Positions 39,803 through 49,670 of a DNA stretch of 64,000 nucleotides are shown here, piece by piece; within the stretch, counting starts at the first letter, position 1, and every line of letters starts with the position of its first letter. The stretch is from a virus (taxonomy: Duplodnaviria; Caudoviricetes). The stretch is taken from the IMG/VR virus record IMGVR_UViG_3300035497_000412, one strand, 5' to 3'. The notes under the pieces were generated by a model. The model saw nothing but the letters and a program-made list of their open reading frames with translations. It was not told the origin of the DNA and made no database searches. A program made the position numbers and the translations under genes.

Positions 39803-40852
39803 TTACTAAGTTTTCTTATTCCTACATTCTTTACAAATACTATAATATCCGTCTCTACTAGTTTTATTTTTACTAAAATATTTATTATGAGCTAATTTAA
39901 TCTTGCCGCATCTGCTGCATTTCTTATATTTGCCGCGTTTAACTTCCTGATAATACCAATTTAAGTATTCGTCTTCAGCCTCAGCCGCAATTATCTTTGG
40001 AATTTTATTTCTCCATAAGCTGGAAATATATTCTGCACTATGTTTAATTCCAAATTCTACCTGAATTGCCACTTGGATATCCATATTCTGCATTCCATCG
40101 ATTTTATATTCAACAATTCGCTCGTATAAAGGATAATCTTTCAAAGCCTTATCACTTACTTTATCAAAATCATTGATTAAATACCAAGTGTCACCATCAA
40201 AATAATCCCAACTATCTTCCTTTAACTTCGCATAATTACACAAGATAGCTGAACAGACTTTCGGATCCATGAGAGAAACACCTTTGGGAATTGGAAAGCC
40301 GTCTTCATCAAATTCCATTGTCTCATCCTCCAAGCGCACATAGTTCTTTGAGCGCACAATCTTATTAGGAACAATAGGTTTGCGGTAAGCAGCTTTAATT
40401 AAATACTGTTCTCTGTGCATATCAATTAAAGTTTTCTTAATAATATAAGCTTCTCTACCTTCTGAGACTTTCTGTAGTTGAGTCCATTTATCGATCGCGT
40501 CTTGCAGCTGCCGCAAAGGCTCAATTTCTTCCAAATCCTTCTTAGTGATTTTAACCTTTGGCTGGAAAATAATTTGTTTATCATTGGAAATTAAATTGTA
40601 AATCCCATCTTCGCCATTTTCCAGTTGAGACACTAAACCCTCAAAAGAAGTTTCTCTCTTGTTCACAGTCATCATTCTATTTTCAGTAAGAATTTTCTTT
40701 TGTTTCTTTTCTTGTTTTTCCATACATAAAATTAAATAATCAGCTAAAACTTCTAAATACTTCTCTGTTGGATTTGGGGTTTCTGCTAAAATCTACTTGA
40801 CTAGCTCATTTCTATCTTCAGGATTCTCTAAAGAATAATCAAGTTTTATCAC
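39803..40852 (-). CDS. 349-aa putative DNA-binding/transcription regulator with C-terminal Zn finger (code 15)
   Basis: GTG 40852, one internal TAG near the start, ends TAG TAA. HTH-like segment plus CSRC..CKEC. Promoter TTGACA..TATAAT at ~40883-40911. Confidence 0.6.
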
Positions 40853-40882
40853 TTATTTTTTCACCTCCAGTCATTAATAATA

Positions 40883-40958
40883 TTATACTAAAAATTTTTC
40901 GTTTTGTCAAATTCGACCAAAAATTTTTGTTGACTTTTTAAAAAATTTTTTGTATAAT
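40883..40958. promoter_or_regulatory. divergent sigma-A-type promoter pair at the strand switch
   Basis: Minus TTGACA-17-TATAAT (40911-40883) and plus TTGACT-17-TATAAT (40930-40958). Confidence 0.7.
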
Positions 40959-41069
40959 ATTTATAGAAAAAAGAGAGAAAAAAACATGAGGGGGCGCATA
41001 ATTTTTTCTCTCTAATAATAATAAATATAAGAGTTCTGTTAAAAAACAAATAGTAGGTAGGTTTTTACT

Positions 41070-41747
41070 ATGGAAGATGTAAAAAATTATACAAAAAAAT
41101 GGAAAGCCGCAATCTCTAAATCTATACGACCAACTAATATTCCTAGACTGGCTATTGTCCAAGTGGGAGAAGATGAAGGGTCTAATTGCTACGCAAAAGG
41201 AATTATCAAGGATTGCGTTGAAGTCGGAGTAAAATATTTCTGGCTAAAATTTAGTGCAAATATTACTAAATCTGAATTTATGGATGCTATTGTTAAATGT
41301 AGGAGTCTTTATGATAAGATTATTGTAATGGAACCACTACCGGCGCATATCCAAATTAAGGAAATTCAGAATGATATTTCCATTTCTACTCCAGAAGCAA
41401 TTGTGAGATATTTGGAAGATAGCGGCTGGGAAATTTCTGGAAAAAACATTTTGGTTATTGGGCGCGGCAATACGGTCGGTAGGCCACTCGCGCAATTGCT
41501 AACAGATAAAGATGCTACTGTGACACTGGCGCATTCTAAGAGTAGAGATATTATCGGACTGGCGAGTAAGGCTGATTTGGTTATTACTGCTGTTGGAAAA
41601 AAGAATTTTTTAGACTGCGCGCAAATTGAATGCCCTGTTATTGATGTAAATGGCGAGTGTTATAATACCGAGGGTAAAGAAATTATTAAAAATATTGGGC
41701 TACTTACTAGATGTATGCTACTGGAGAAATTGGAGGAAGAGAAATAA
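41070..41747 (+). CDS. folD: shortened FolD-like methylene-THF dehydrogenase/cyclohydrolase
   Basis: PRLAIVQVGED, PLPAHI, GKNILVIGRGNTVGRPLAQLL, ATVTLAHS, ADLVITAVG, VIDV motifs. Confidence 0.85.
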   Translation: MEDVKNYTKKWKAAISKSIRPTNIPRLAIVQVGEDEGSNCYAKGIIKDCVEVGVKYFWLKFSANITKSEFMDAIVKCRSLYDKIIVMEPLPAHIQIKEIQNDISISTPEAIVRYLEDSGWEISGKNILVIGRGNTVGRPLAQLLTDKDATVTLAHSKSRDIIGLASKADLVITAVGKKNFLDCAQIECPVIDVNGECYNTEGKEIIKNIGLLTRCMLLEKLEEEK

Positions 41748-42010
41748 TGAAGTTAATTGCACAGAATGCTGTTCGTAAGGTTGATAATCTGGGTAGAGTT
41801 GTGCTACCCAAGGGACTGAGAAACCAATACACAATTAAGGAAGGCGATGAGCTGGACGCCTTTGTTCTGGTGGATGGTGATAATGAATATATTTGTTTCC
41901 AAGTTCAGGGAGAGAAGCGAGTCGATCCTAAGTATGCGGCTGCTATTGAGGTCCTGAAGGAACTGGAATGTGAAGTGCCTGAAGTCTTGGCAGCGAAGAC
42001 GGGAGACTAA
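41747..42010 (+). CDS. AbrB/SpoVT-family DNA-binding protein
   Basis: VRKVDNLGRVVLPKGLR..IKEGDEL signature. Confidence 0.88.
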   Translation: MKLIAQNAVRKVDNLGRVVLPKGLRNQYTIKEGDELDAFVLVDGDNEYICFQVQGEKRVDPKYAAAIEVLKELECEVPEVLAAKTGD

Positions 42011-42544
42011 AAGGGACATAGTAAATTTTTAAAAGAAAAGAGGAAAATGGAATAGGGACGGAAAAATCCTAAATAAGGTTCCGTGTTTTGGAATTTAAAA
42101 TGGGTTTAGGATTTTTTATTGGGCAGAGCGAAGCAAAAAACAAAAATTAAAAAAATTTTTTCCCGAAACTATGCCCCCTATTTTTTTCTCCTTTGCTCTA
42201 CTGCTGGAAAAAATTGCGAGGTCTATTGTCACCTCTCTGGCGCTGGTCAGTCACGACGACACAGGCACCCCTCCCTGCGGCTACACAACGAAGCACTTCA
42301 TCGGCTCGCTGATGGCCAAAGCGAGCCGACTTTGGTAATTAAAAAAAGTATACAAACTTTTACACAATTTTTTGTGCATTTTACCAATTGACTTTTTCTC
42401 CCGGAAGTAGAGTAACACTTTGTAAAATAAATTTAATATTTTTAACCAGTTAATTTGGTAATTATTTTTAATCCTCTATTAATAATTACCAAATTATTTT
42501 TTTGCTCAATCTTTTCCTCTCTAACCCTCCTAAAAACTCCGAGG

Positions 42545-42915
42545 GCAGTATTAGTTAGTTATAACTAACCAACTAATTTAATTAACTCTCTTGAAAATTA
42601 ATTTCAGTTAGTTATCACTAACCAAATACCCTTTTCCAAAAGATGGCAGAAAGCATTTAGTTCTTTGCCTACACCCCCAACCTGCGCGAGTAGCCTAGCA
42701 CTAGGACACTAAGCAGCAGGCAAGCGCGCAACGACAGAGAGAGAGCAAGAGATGCACAGAGCGTTAGTTAGTACTAACCAACTAATGGTCTTCGTCAACG
42801 ACTGCTAAAAACGCTAGCTTTAGCACTTTAAAGCGTTAAAGTAAATTAGTACTAACAACCAGTCAAATGGAAGAATCTACCAAAATCCTTAAACCTTTCG
42901 TCAAAATGACGAAAA
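42545..42915. repeat. non-coding island of palindromic motifs
   Basis: GTTAG..CTAAC boxes, TTTAGCACTTTAAAGCGTTAAA, TGACGAA boxes. Confidence 0.7.
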
Positions 42916-43028
42916 TAAGAAAATTCTAAAATTAGGTCTTGATAAACGCGCTATCTTGTGATATACTAACCATAGTAAGAGAAAGAAAGATCCTCAAGGG
43001 GTTAGGTAAAAAGAAAGAGGTAAGCATT

Positions 43029-43214
43029 ATGAAGACTATGGCACACGTTATCGAGAGAGATATCTTTGGTACTAATGTAACTGCTAACTATTGGGCAGAA
43101 GTCATTCACACCTACACTACCCATTCTCCTAGTGGACTAAGAGAAATGATTGAACTGAGTAATGGTAAAAAGATGAAGGCTGACGCTGCGGAGGCTATTG
43201 TCTATGTGTTCTAA
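43029..43214 (+). CDS. 61-aa hypothetical early protein
   Basis: AAAGAGG RBS, upstream promoter. Confidence 0.65.
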   Translation: MKTMAHVIERDIFGTNVTANYWAEVIHTYTTHSPSGLREMIELSNGKKMKADAAEAIVYVF

Positions 43215-43619
43215 CCCCCCAGCCAGCCAAGGCCAATAGAGCCGATAGAGAGAAAGTGAACAATAGATAGAAAGAGCAAGGCTTGCACAACAGAGAGGAG
43301 TGCAAGCCTTATACACAATACAGAGAGATAGAAAGACAGAGAGCACAGAGCGAGAGAGACAAGGATAGCATGAGTTAGTTAGTACTAACCAACTAACACA
43401 ATTCTTTGTTCTATTGGATAAAGAAGGCAATAATAATAATAATTGTAAAAGATTTGATAAGCTTATTACATTATAAGAAAGAGATAAAGAATACTGGAAC
43501 AGAACTAAAAGAAGAATGAGATGTGGTTCTAGCATTAGAATGGGTGTTAGTAAATAAGATGGGCTATTACTATTAGGTATAATAAAAAAAAAGATAGCTA
43601 CCGCGCACGGATGCTACAC

Positions 43620-43860
43620 ACCCTGCTTTAACGCTTTAAGGCACTAAAGCAGAAAAGTTTAGAAGTTCATCACTTTGCACCATAACAGTTTAAATCCCTA
43701 AAGCTGCACAATATTAAATTAATAGTTGACAAATAATGTAATTATTTAAAGTGTTACCGCAAACGAATGATATTGGTCCTAACTTTAGCGTTTTAAAGTG
43801 CTAAAGTAAAATTTAGCGCACTTCAACGCTTTAAACTTTAATGTGCTAAATCCTAAAATT
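43620..43860. repeat. octamer-periodic palindrome island
   Basis: Multiple TTTA(A/G)C(A/G)CTTTAAAG(T/C)G(T/C)TAAA variants. Confidence 0.7.
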
Positions 43861-43978
43861 AGTTATGTTGCATAAAAACTAATCTAACGAATTGTGCAAC
43901 TTATTTTCAAAAAATCTTGACAAATGGAAAATAAAGCGTTATACTATAGTTGAAAATAAAAAGAAAGAGGTCTTAAAA

Positions 43979-44197
43979 ATGATGATGTACATTGTAACCC
44001 ATGTTTGCGATGAGGAGTACGGAAACACTGAAAACGTAGCAGTATTTGCTACCCGCGATCAAGCTAACGCTTTTGTGAACGCTCATAACTCCACCTATCA
44101 CGCATGGTTCATGGAGCAGAACGAAACCCGTCCTACTTTGAATGTAGAGGAATGGGAAGTCGGAACGGACGTTTGGGAAGAAATAATTGGAGATTAA
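43979..44197 (+). CDS. small hypothetical early protein
   Basis: Promoter 43917, RBS, YIVTH..NVAVFATR..A..F motif also seen in 52404. Confidence 0.7.
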   Translation: MMMYIVTHVCDEEYGNTENVAVFATRDQANAFVNAHNSTYHAWFMEQNETRPTLNVEEWEVGTDVWEEIIGD

Positions 44198-44413
44198 AAA
44201 TCTCCAATTATTTTTATAACAGTACTTTAACACATTAAATTTTAAAAGTCGCAATGTGCAAAAACTAGGGTTTTATTTTACCCCTAGTCTTTTATCAATA
44301 GGCTTAAAAAAAATACAGAGAATTTTCAAAAAAACCTTGACAAACAACTTATAGTATGATATATTATACTCGTAAAGGATAAGAAATAAAAACCTGAAAG
44401 AGGTTGAAATATT

Positions 44414-44899
44414 ATGAAGTATGAAGTTTCGATGGTTCGTAGAGGGCAAGAAGTTAATTACTTTTTGCAGAGATCTTGGTCTGATGGTTATGATTATGAT
44501 CTTCATACTATGACGGTAGAAGCCAATGATTTTGTGGAAGCAGAGAATTTGGCATTGGTAGAAAATCCTGGTTATACGGTTGTTCATTCTGAAATTTGGA
44601 TGAGCGAAGCAGAAAAGGTTGAAGCCGAAAAAAGAGTAGAAGAATACCATGAAGTACGGAGAAAAGAACGGGAAGAAAGAATTAACCAGCAGAAAGAAAA
44701 AGAACAAGCTAAGAAAATAGCAAAAGAAACTGAAAAAGCTATTAAAAAAGGTATGACCTTAGAAGAATATCAAGCAGACAAAAAGAAGAAAGCAAAGATC
44801 GCTCGTTACAAAAGAGAAGTTCGCCAAATGGAAGAACAGATTGCAGAGCTTGAAAAGCAAATTGCGTATAAGAAAAATTGGCTTGCTGAAAATGCCTAA
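44414..44899 (+). CDS. 161-aa coiled-coil hypothetical protein
   Basis: Promoter 44337, RBS, terminator ~44903-44940. Confidence 0.75.
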   Translation: MKYEVSMVRRGQEVNYFLQRSWSDGYDYDLHTMTVEANDFVEAENLALVENPGYTVVHSEIWMSEAEKVEAEKRVEEYHEVRRKEREERINQQKEKEQAKKIAKETEKAIKKGMTLEEYQADKKKKAKIARYKREVRQMEEQIAELEKQIAYKKNWLAENA

Positions 44900-45009
44900 A
44901 CTTTAAATTCCCCTTGAAGAATCTTTTAAGGGGAATTTAAAAAAACTCTTGACAATTTTTAAAAAATTTGATATAATAATTACAGGAATCAGGAAGGGAA
45001 TTGATAAAT

Positions 45010-45189
45010 ATGAAAACTGTAAATATTATCCTTACCCCAAATCAAGCTCAATTCTTATTCATCCTTGAAGATTCGATCCCCTGTTTTATCTATCAGGGCG
45101 ATTATACAGGAGAATGGGTAATTAAATACAGAAAAGAAGATGAAGAAACTGTAAATAAGATTTTTAAAAATATTTTAGGAAAATCTTAA
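45010..45189 (+). CDS. small hypothetical protein
   Basis: Promoter 44949, RBS cassette. Confidence 0.6.
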   Translation: MKTVNIILTPNQAQFLFILEDSIPCFIYQGDYTGEWVIKYRKEDEETVNKIFKNILGKS

Positions 45190-45240
45190 AAAACCTATTG
45201 ACAAATTAAATCGTATCTGCTATAATAAAGACAGTTAAAA

Positions 45241-45369
45241 GAGGTAGGCCAAGGTAGACAAAGTAGACGCAAGTCGAACTAAGACTACAAGGTAAGAATA
45301 AGATCGGATAAGAGAGATTGAGATGCGGCAAAGCCACTAGATGCTTAAAGCCACTTATCGCCTACCTTA
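45241..45369 (+). ncRNA. structured 5' leader/ncRNA, copy A
   Basis: Homologous to 48561-48693; closing helix AGGUAGGC/GCCUACCU. Confidence 0.65.
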
Positions 45370-45389
45370 AAAGAAAGGAATTGATAATT

Positions 45390-45689
45390 ATGAAAATCTA
45401 TGAAGTTTTTACCGCCGATTCTACGAACAGTGACCGTAACCAAGAAGTATGCGCCTATGTTGCATCTAAAGAAATTGCAGGAAATTATATCCGCGCTAAT
45501 CTCGTTGAAATTTATAACGTCCACAAGAAAAGTCCTTTGTGGAATCATGGAATTGATATCCTCTGGTGCGCAGATTGGACAGAAAAGGAATTCCCCGGTT
45601 TTATCCCCGATCTTGTGTACGCGGGGAAAGACAGCCACGGATTAAAAGTCACCATGTTTTTTAAGGAAATTGACGTAATCGAAAAGTAA
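45390..45689 (+). CDS. 99-aa hypothetical protein
   Basis: AGAAAGGAATTGATAATT-ATG cassette. Confidence 0.7.
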   Translation: MKIYEVFTADSTNSDRNQEVCAYVASKEIAGNYIRANLVEIYNVHKKSPLWNHGIDILWCADWTEKEFPGFIPDLVYAGKDSHGLKVTMFFKEIDVIEK

Positions 45690-45751
45690 CAATTAAGAGT
45701 TCTTCCCTTGGATAATGTTTTCAAGGGAAGAACTAAGTTAGAAAGGTATTA

Positions 45752-46120
45752 ATGACTATGAAAATTTTATACATGGCTGATGATGGTGAAGAATTCGAAA
45801 CCGAAGAAGAATGTAAAGAACACGAAGAAGCAATGAGAGTAAAAGATGAATTTAATTCTCGTATGAGACTTTATGACGCAAAAATGAATAGATTTGACCC
45901 TGATATTGAAGATATTGAACTTGAACAAATTACATACGCTTATTTTGCGGATGAAGAAACCTTCAACTATTTCAATGACTTTTTTAATGAGAACGGTTTG
46001 TTTTCTCCAAAAGATGATGGATGTAGTTTTTCTAGTGGACATAGTTTCATGTGGGATGGTAATGGCAAATGTTGGGTATCTGTTAATGATTTCATTAACG
46101 AGCTTATGAATCATCTTTAA
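45752..46120 (+). CDS. acidic hypothetical protein, paralog of 52636
   Basis: ADDG.EF...EECK.HE motif shared. Confidence 0.75.
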   Translation: MTMKILYMADDGEEFETEEECKEHEEAMRVKDEFNSRMRLYDAKMNRFDPDIEDIELEQITYAYFADEETFNYFNDFFNENGLFSPKDDGCSFSSGHSFMWDGNGKCWVSVNDFINELMNHL

Positions 46121-46219
46121 AATGAAAATTTGAAAAACTTGTAAAATCCAAAAGAAGCTCTAGTAAAGAAATTGCGGCCGCCCCCTAAAATTCTTTACTA
46201 GGGCTTTAGTAAATTTTTA

Positions 46220-46625
46220 TTTTGTGCATTTTGACGAATTTAGCGCTTTAAAGCGCTACACTTTAACACTTTAAAGCATTTTCTAGTAAATATTTTTTAC
46301 TTTAACACATTAAAGCTTTAAACTTTAACACATTAAAGCTTTAAACTTTAACAGTTTAAAGCAGTGCCCGGGCGCCAAGGAATGATGCGCCCGGATTTTA
46401 CACTTTAAAGCATTAAAGCAAATTTTATTTACTAGGCAATACTTCAACACGCTAAAGCGCTAAATCCCTAAAGTTTACTTTAATACTTTAAAATATTAAA
46501 GCGAAGTTAGTTCAGACTAATTGTAGTTAGTTGCCGCTAACGGACCCCACTTTGGCACTTTAAAACATTAAAGCAAAAAAAGTTTTAAAGTTTAACGCAT
46601 TAAAGCGTAACAGTTTAAATCCTAA
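46220..46625. repeat. octamer-periodic palindrome island with 27-nt GC hairpin
   Basis: Tandem ACTTTAACACATTAAAGCTTTAA; hairpin 46368-46394; partly duplicated at 47718-47815. Confidence 0.75.
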
Positions 46626-46721
46626 AACTAAAAAAGTTGAGAAAATTTTAAAATGACTATTGACAAATCGATAATATGTGATATAATGAATACAGAAATT
46701 AAGAAAAGGAAGGTGCGTCAC

Positions 46722-47006
46722 ATGAAACGCTCTGAAATGGAAAAACTGGTTGTCCTGCTGCTGAAACACAACATCCCCTTTGAACTTGGTGTTCAGTATT
46801 ATGAGAACGCTTTGCAAGTGTTCTATCCCTCTAAGACTAACCCCGTGTGTGATGTGGTTTGCAATCCTTATTCCATCGGTTTTGATAAGGGGCTGTTGGA
46901 GATGAAGGGCCTTGTTCCTTTTGATGATGATGAAGTCGAGGGGTATCTGGATGCAGAAGAAATTCTGGTTCGGATCGAATGTCACTATTTGGCACACAAA
47001 AATTAA
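46722..47006 (+). CDS. 94-aa hypothetical protein
   Basis: Promoter 46660, RBS, GLLEM.GL..VEGYL motif. Confidence 0.75.
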   Translation: MKRSEMEKLVVLLLKHNIPFELGVQYYENALQVFYPSKTNPVCDVVCNPYSIGFDKGLLEMKGLVPFDDDEVEGYLDAEEILVRIECHYLAHKN

Positions 47007-47065
47007 TTTCAAAAAAGGCTTGACAAAAGCCTAAATAAGGCTTATAATGGCCATAGGAACAAACG

Positions 47066-47135
47066 AGGGGTCAAGGCGGATACGCCAGATAAGAGTAGAA
47101 CAGGATGAGACGTTTAAAGCCCTCTACCACCCCAC
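47066..47135 (+). ncRNA. structured leader, short copy C
   Basis: CAAGGCGGAUACGCC..GAUAAG..UUAAAGCC, closing GGGGU/ACCCC. Confidence 0.45.
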
Positions 47136-47161
47136 CAGAAGAAAGAAAGGAATTGATAATT

Positions 47162-47455
47162 ATGATGATCGATGCTAGAGAGGCCAGAGCAATGACTTTT
47201 GCCGCCATTGAAAACCAGAAGAAGAATGAAAAGCTTGCGGCTGAGCAGTGGATCGACAGCAAAATTGCTAGTCTGGTGACAGAGGACGCAAACAAGGGCA
47301 ATGGTTCAACCACCGTTTATGTACCTGATGACGCTGGAGTAAAGGCCAATATTGTTAAGCAGATTCTTTCTGAATATGGTTACACGGTTAAGGTCACTAC
47401 AAAGGAGTATAACCGCAAGCCTGCCACATTCATTACTATCACTTGGAATTACTAA
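47162..47455 (+). CDS. 97-aa hypothetical protein
   Basis: RBS cassette; terminator AAACCCCTGG..CCAGGGGTTT at 47460-47485. Confidence 0.75.
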   Translation: MMIDAREARAMTFAAIENQKKNEKLAAEQWIDSKIASLVTEDANKGNGSTTVYVPDDAGVKANIVKQILSEYGYTVKVTTKEYNRKPATFITITWNY

Positions 47456-47486
47456 ATGGAAACCCCTGGAGCACCAGGGGTTTTCT

Positions 47487-47960
47487 TTGTGCAATTTGAC
47501 GAATTTAGTGCTTTAAAGTGTTGAATTCGTCAAATTGCACAACACTTTAGCACTTTAAAGCATTGTATTGGGCCGGCCGCCAAGGACTGGTGCGGCCGGA
47601 CTTTAGCGCTTTAAAGCGTTAAAGCGATTTTTTACGTAGTTCGGCACTTTAGCGCTTTAAAGTGTTAAATCACGAAACTATATCTTCTACAATACTTCAA
47701 TGCTTTAAAGTATTGAAGTTAGTCATCGCTAACGGACCCCACTTTAACACTTTAAAGTGTTAAAGCAAAAAAGTTCGCCGCTTTAAAGTTTTAAAGTGTA
47801 ATGCTTTAAATCCTGAAAGTGGCAGTTAGTCTATACTAACTGCACAATTTGGCCGCTCCATCTTTGTGCAATTCGACAACGTAGAAAAACTTAACCGTTT
47901 TTTGTATAATTTGACGATGTAGAAAAATCTACTCGTTTTCTACTCGTCTTTTGTGCAACT
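47487..47960. repeat. octamer-periodic palindrome island with 27-nt GC hairpin
   Basis: Perfect 24-bp palindrome CTTTAACACTTTAAAGTGTTAAAG at 47742-47765; hairpin 47573-47599. Confidence 0.75.
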
Positions 47961-48051
47961 TTTTTTGAGATAATGTTTGACTTTTGAATATCCCTGTGAT
48001 ATCATGATAATAGGAATTGAACCTAAACAATTTAATAAAGGGGTGCTATCT

Positions 48052-48513
48052 ATGAAAAAGATGCTATGCTTTGACCTTGATGGAACGATCGTTGACTTCT
48101 ACGGTGTGGAAAACTGGCTTGCGATGCTAAAACAAGAAAATCCTGCTCCGTACGAAATCGCTGAACCGCTTTATGACATGGATAAGCTAAATGCTATTTT
48201 AGACAAGCTTGTAAAGATCGGCTGGGAAGTACGTGTAATTACATGGCTTGCAAAAAATAGCTCTAAGCCCTACAAAGACGCCACGCGAAAAGCAAAAAGG
48301 GAATGGCTGGAAAAGTACCATTTTCCCTACGAACATTTCCACGGCGTAATGTATGGGGCAACCAAAGCGGATAGCGTACGCAAATACCTATCTAATGACG
48401 ATATCGCGATTCTGATAGATGACAATGCGAAAGTTAGAAGTGGGTGGACTTTAGGTGCGACAATTGACCCAAGTGACGGAAAGTTACTTGAAAAACTTTT
48501 TTCACTAATTTGA
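48052..48513 (+). CDS. HAD-superfamily phosphatase (5'-nucleotidase-like)
   Basis: FDLDGT motif I, VIT motif II, K, and LIDDN motif IV. Confidence 0.85.
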   Translation: MKKMLCFDLDGTIVDFYGVENWLAMLKQENPAPYEIAEPLYDMDKLNAILDKLVKIGWEVRVITWLAKNSSKPYKDATRKAKREWLEKYHFPYEHFHGVMYGATKADSVRKYLSNDDIAILIDDNAKVRSGWTLGATIDPSDGKLLEKLFSLI

Positions 48514-48560
48514 AAAAAAGGGGGTTGACAAATCCAAAAATAAGGCTTATAATGGCTACA

Positions 48561-48693
48561 GTGATAAGGCCAAGGCGGACAAAGTAAGCGAAAAGCCGAA
48601 ATAAGAACGCAAGGTAAGAACAAGATCGGATAAGTAAGAATGAAACGCGGCAAAGCCACTAGATAACTTAACGCCACTTGTCGCCCTTTATCA
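48561..48693 (+). ncRNA. structured 5' leader/ncRNA, copy B
   Basis: Aligns with 45241-45369 with compensatory changes. Confidence 0.65.
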
Positions 48694-48716
48694 ACGCAAA
48701 GAAAGGACTTGATACC

Positions 48717-49508
48717 ATGAATTTAAACCAGTTAAACATCGATCGCCGCCGCCACTACATTTTAATGGTAGATACTGAGACTGCCAATTCTCAAGATGAG
48801 AATGGTAAGGTTTGCCCTTATTCCGCGCTTGTCTATGACTTTGGATGTGCGGTCGTAGACAAGCAAGGTAATGTATACTACACTTTCAGCGCCATCAACA
48901 AGGACATTTTTATCGGTGAGCGTGACCTAATGCGTTCCGCGCACTATGCCCGGAAAATTCCCCGTTATCTAGACGATATCCAGAGCGGCAAGCGCCAGTT
49001 AATGAGTTGGGCAGATATTAAGCTCAATGTTTGGGCTATTATGGCAGCTTTTGGAATCGACACCGTTTGCGCGCACAACGCCCGGTTCGATTATTATGCC
49101 ATTCTTGCTACTGAGCGTTATATCTCTAAGTCCTATGACCGTTATTTTTTCCCATTTGGGACTATTTGGTGGGATACGCTCAAGATGAGCCGCGATGTTA
49201 TCCACAAACAACCAACTTATAAGGCTTTTTGTGAAAGTAATGGGTACATTACCAAAACTGGCCAGTGTTCCGCAACAGCACAGAACCTTTTCCGTTTTAT
49301 TTCCCATGAAAACGACTTTGAAGAAAGCCATACCGGGTTAGAGGACGTTCTGATTGAAAAGGATATTCTTGCCTATTGTTTCCGCCAGCATAAGCCGATG
49401 CGAAAAACCCTTTGGCAAGATGTGGAATTGACCGATCGGCAAATTGAAATCCTGCTGGAGCGGCAATGGGAATTTATCCCAACTTTCAATAAAAAGAACC
49501 TTTTCTAA
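48717..49508 (+). CDS. DEDDh 3'-5' exonuclease
   Basis: VDTET, AHNARFD, WWDT, HTGLED motifs. Confidence 0.88.
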   Translation: MNLNQLNIDRRRHYILMVDTETANSQDENGKVCPYSALVYDFGCAVVDKQGNVYYTFSAINKDIFIGERDLMRSAHYARKIPRYLDDIQSGKRQLMSWADIKLNVWAIMAAFGIDTVCAHNARFDYYAILATERYISKSYDRYFFPFGTIWWDTLKMSRDVIHKQPTYKAFCESNGYITKTGQCSATAQNLFRFISHENDFEESHTGLEDVLIEKDILAYCFRQHKPMRKTLWQDVELTDRQIEILLERQWEFIPTFNKKNLF

Positions 49509-49670
49509 AAAAATAGTTGACTTTCTCTTGTGAGTATGATATACTCTAAGAGTGGAAAGGCTCACAAGAGAAAATCACCACTACACTTAATATCTACGGA
49601 AAAACCCGTTGATATAAAACATTTTTAAAGGCAAGGAAAAGCCTAAAAAAACCAGAAAGGAATTGTTACT

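Noticed and set aside
1-40852. Late genes as pseudogenes of a decayed prophage
   Set aside because: Breaks are TAG only and stay in frame, with no frameshifts once introns are removed
42819-43810. CIRCE/HrcA operators
   Set aside because: Half-site similarity only; the N9 spacer geometry is absent
45320-45345. c-di-GMP-I riboswitch (GCAAAGCC)
   Set aside because: The upstream GGCAAAC-P2 architecture is not recognisable
46220-47840. CRISPR array
   Set aside because: Repeats are degenerate and irregular, with no constant repeat-spacer period and no cas genes
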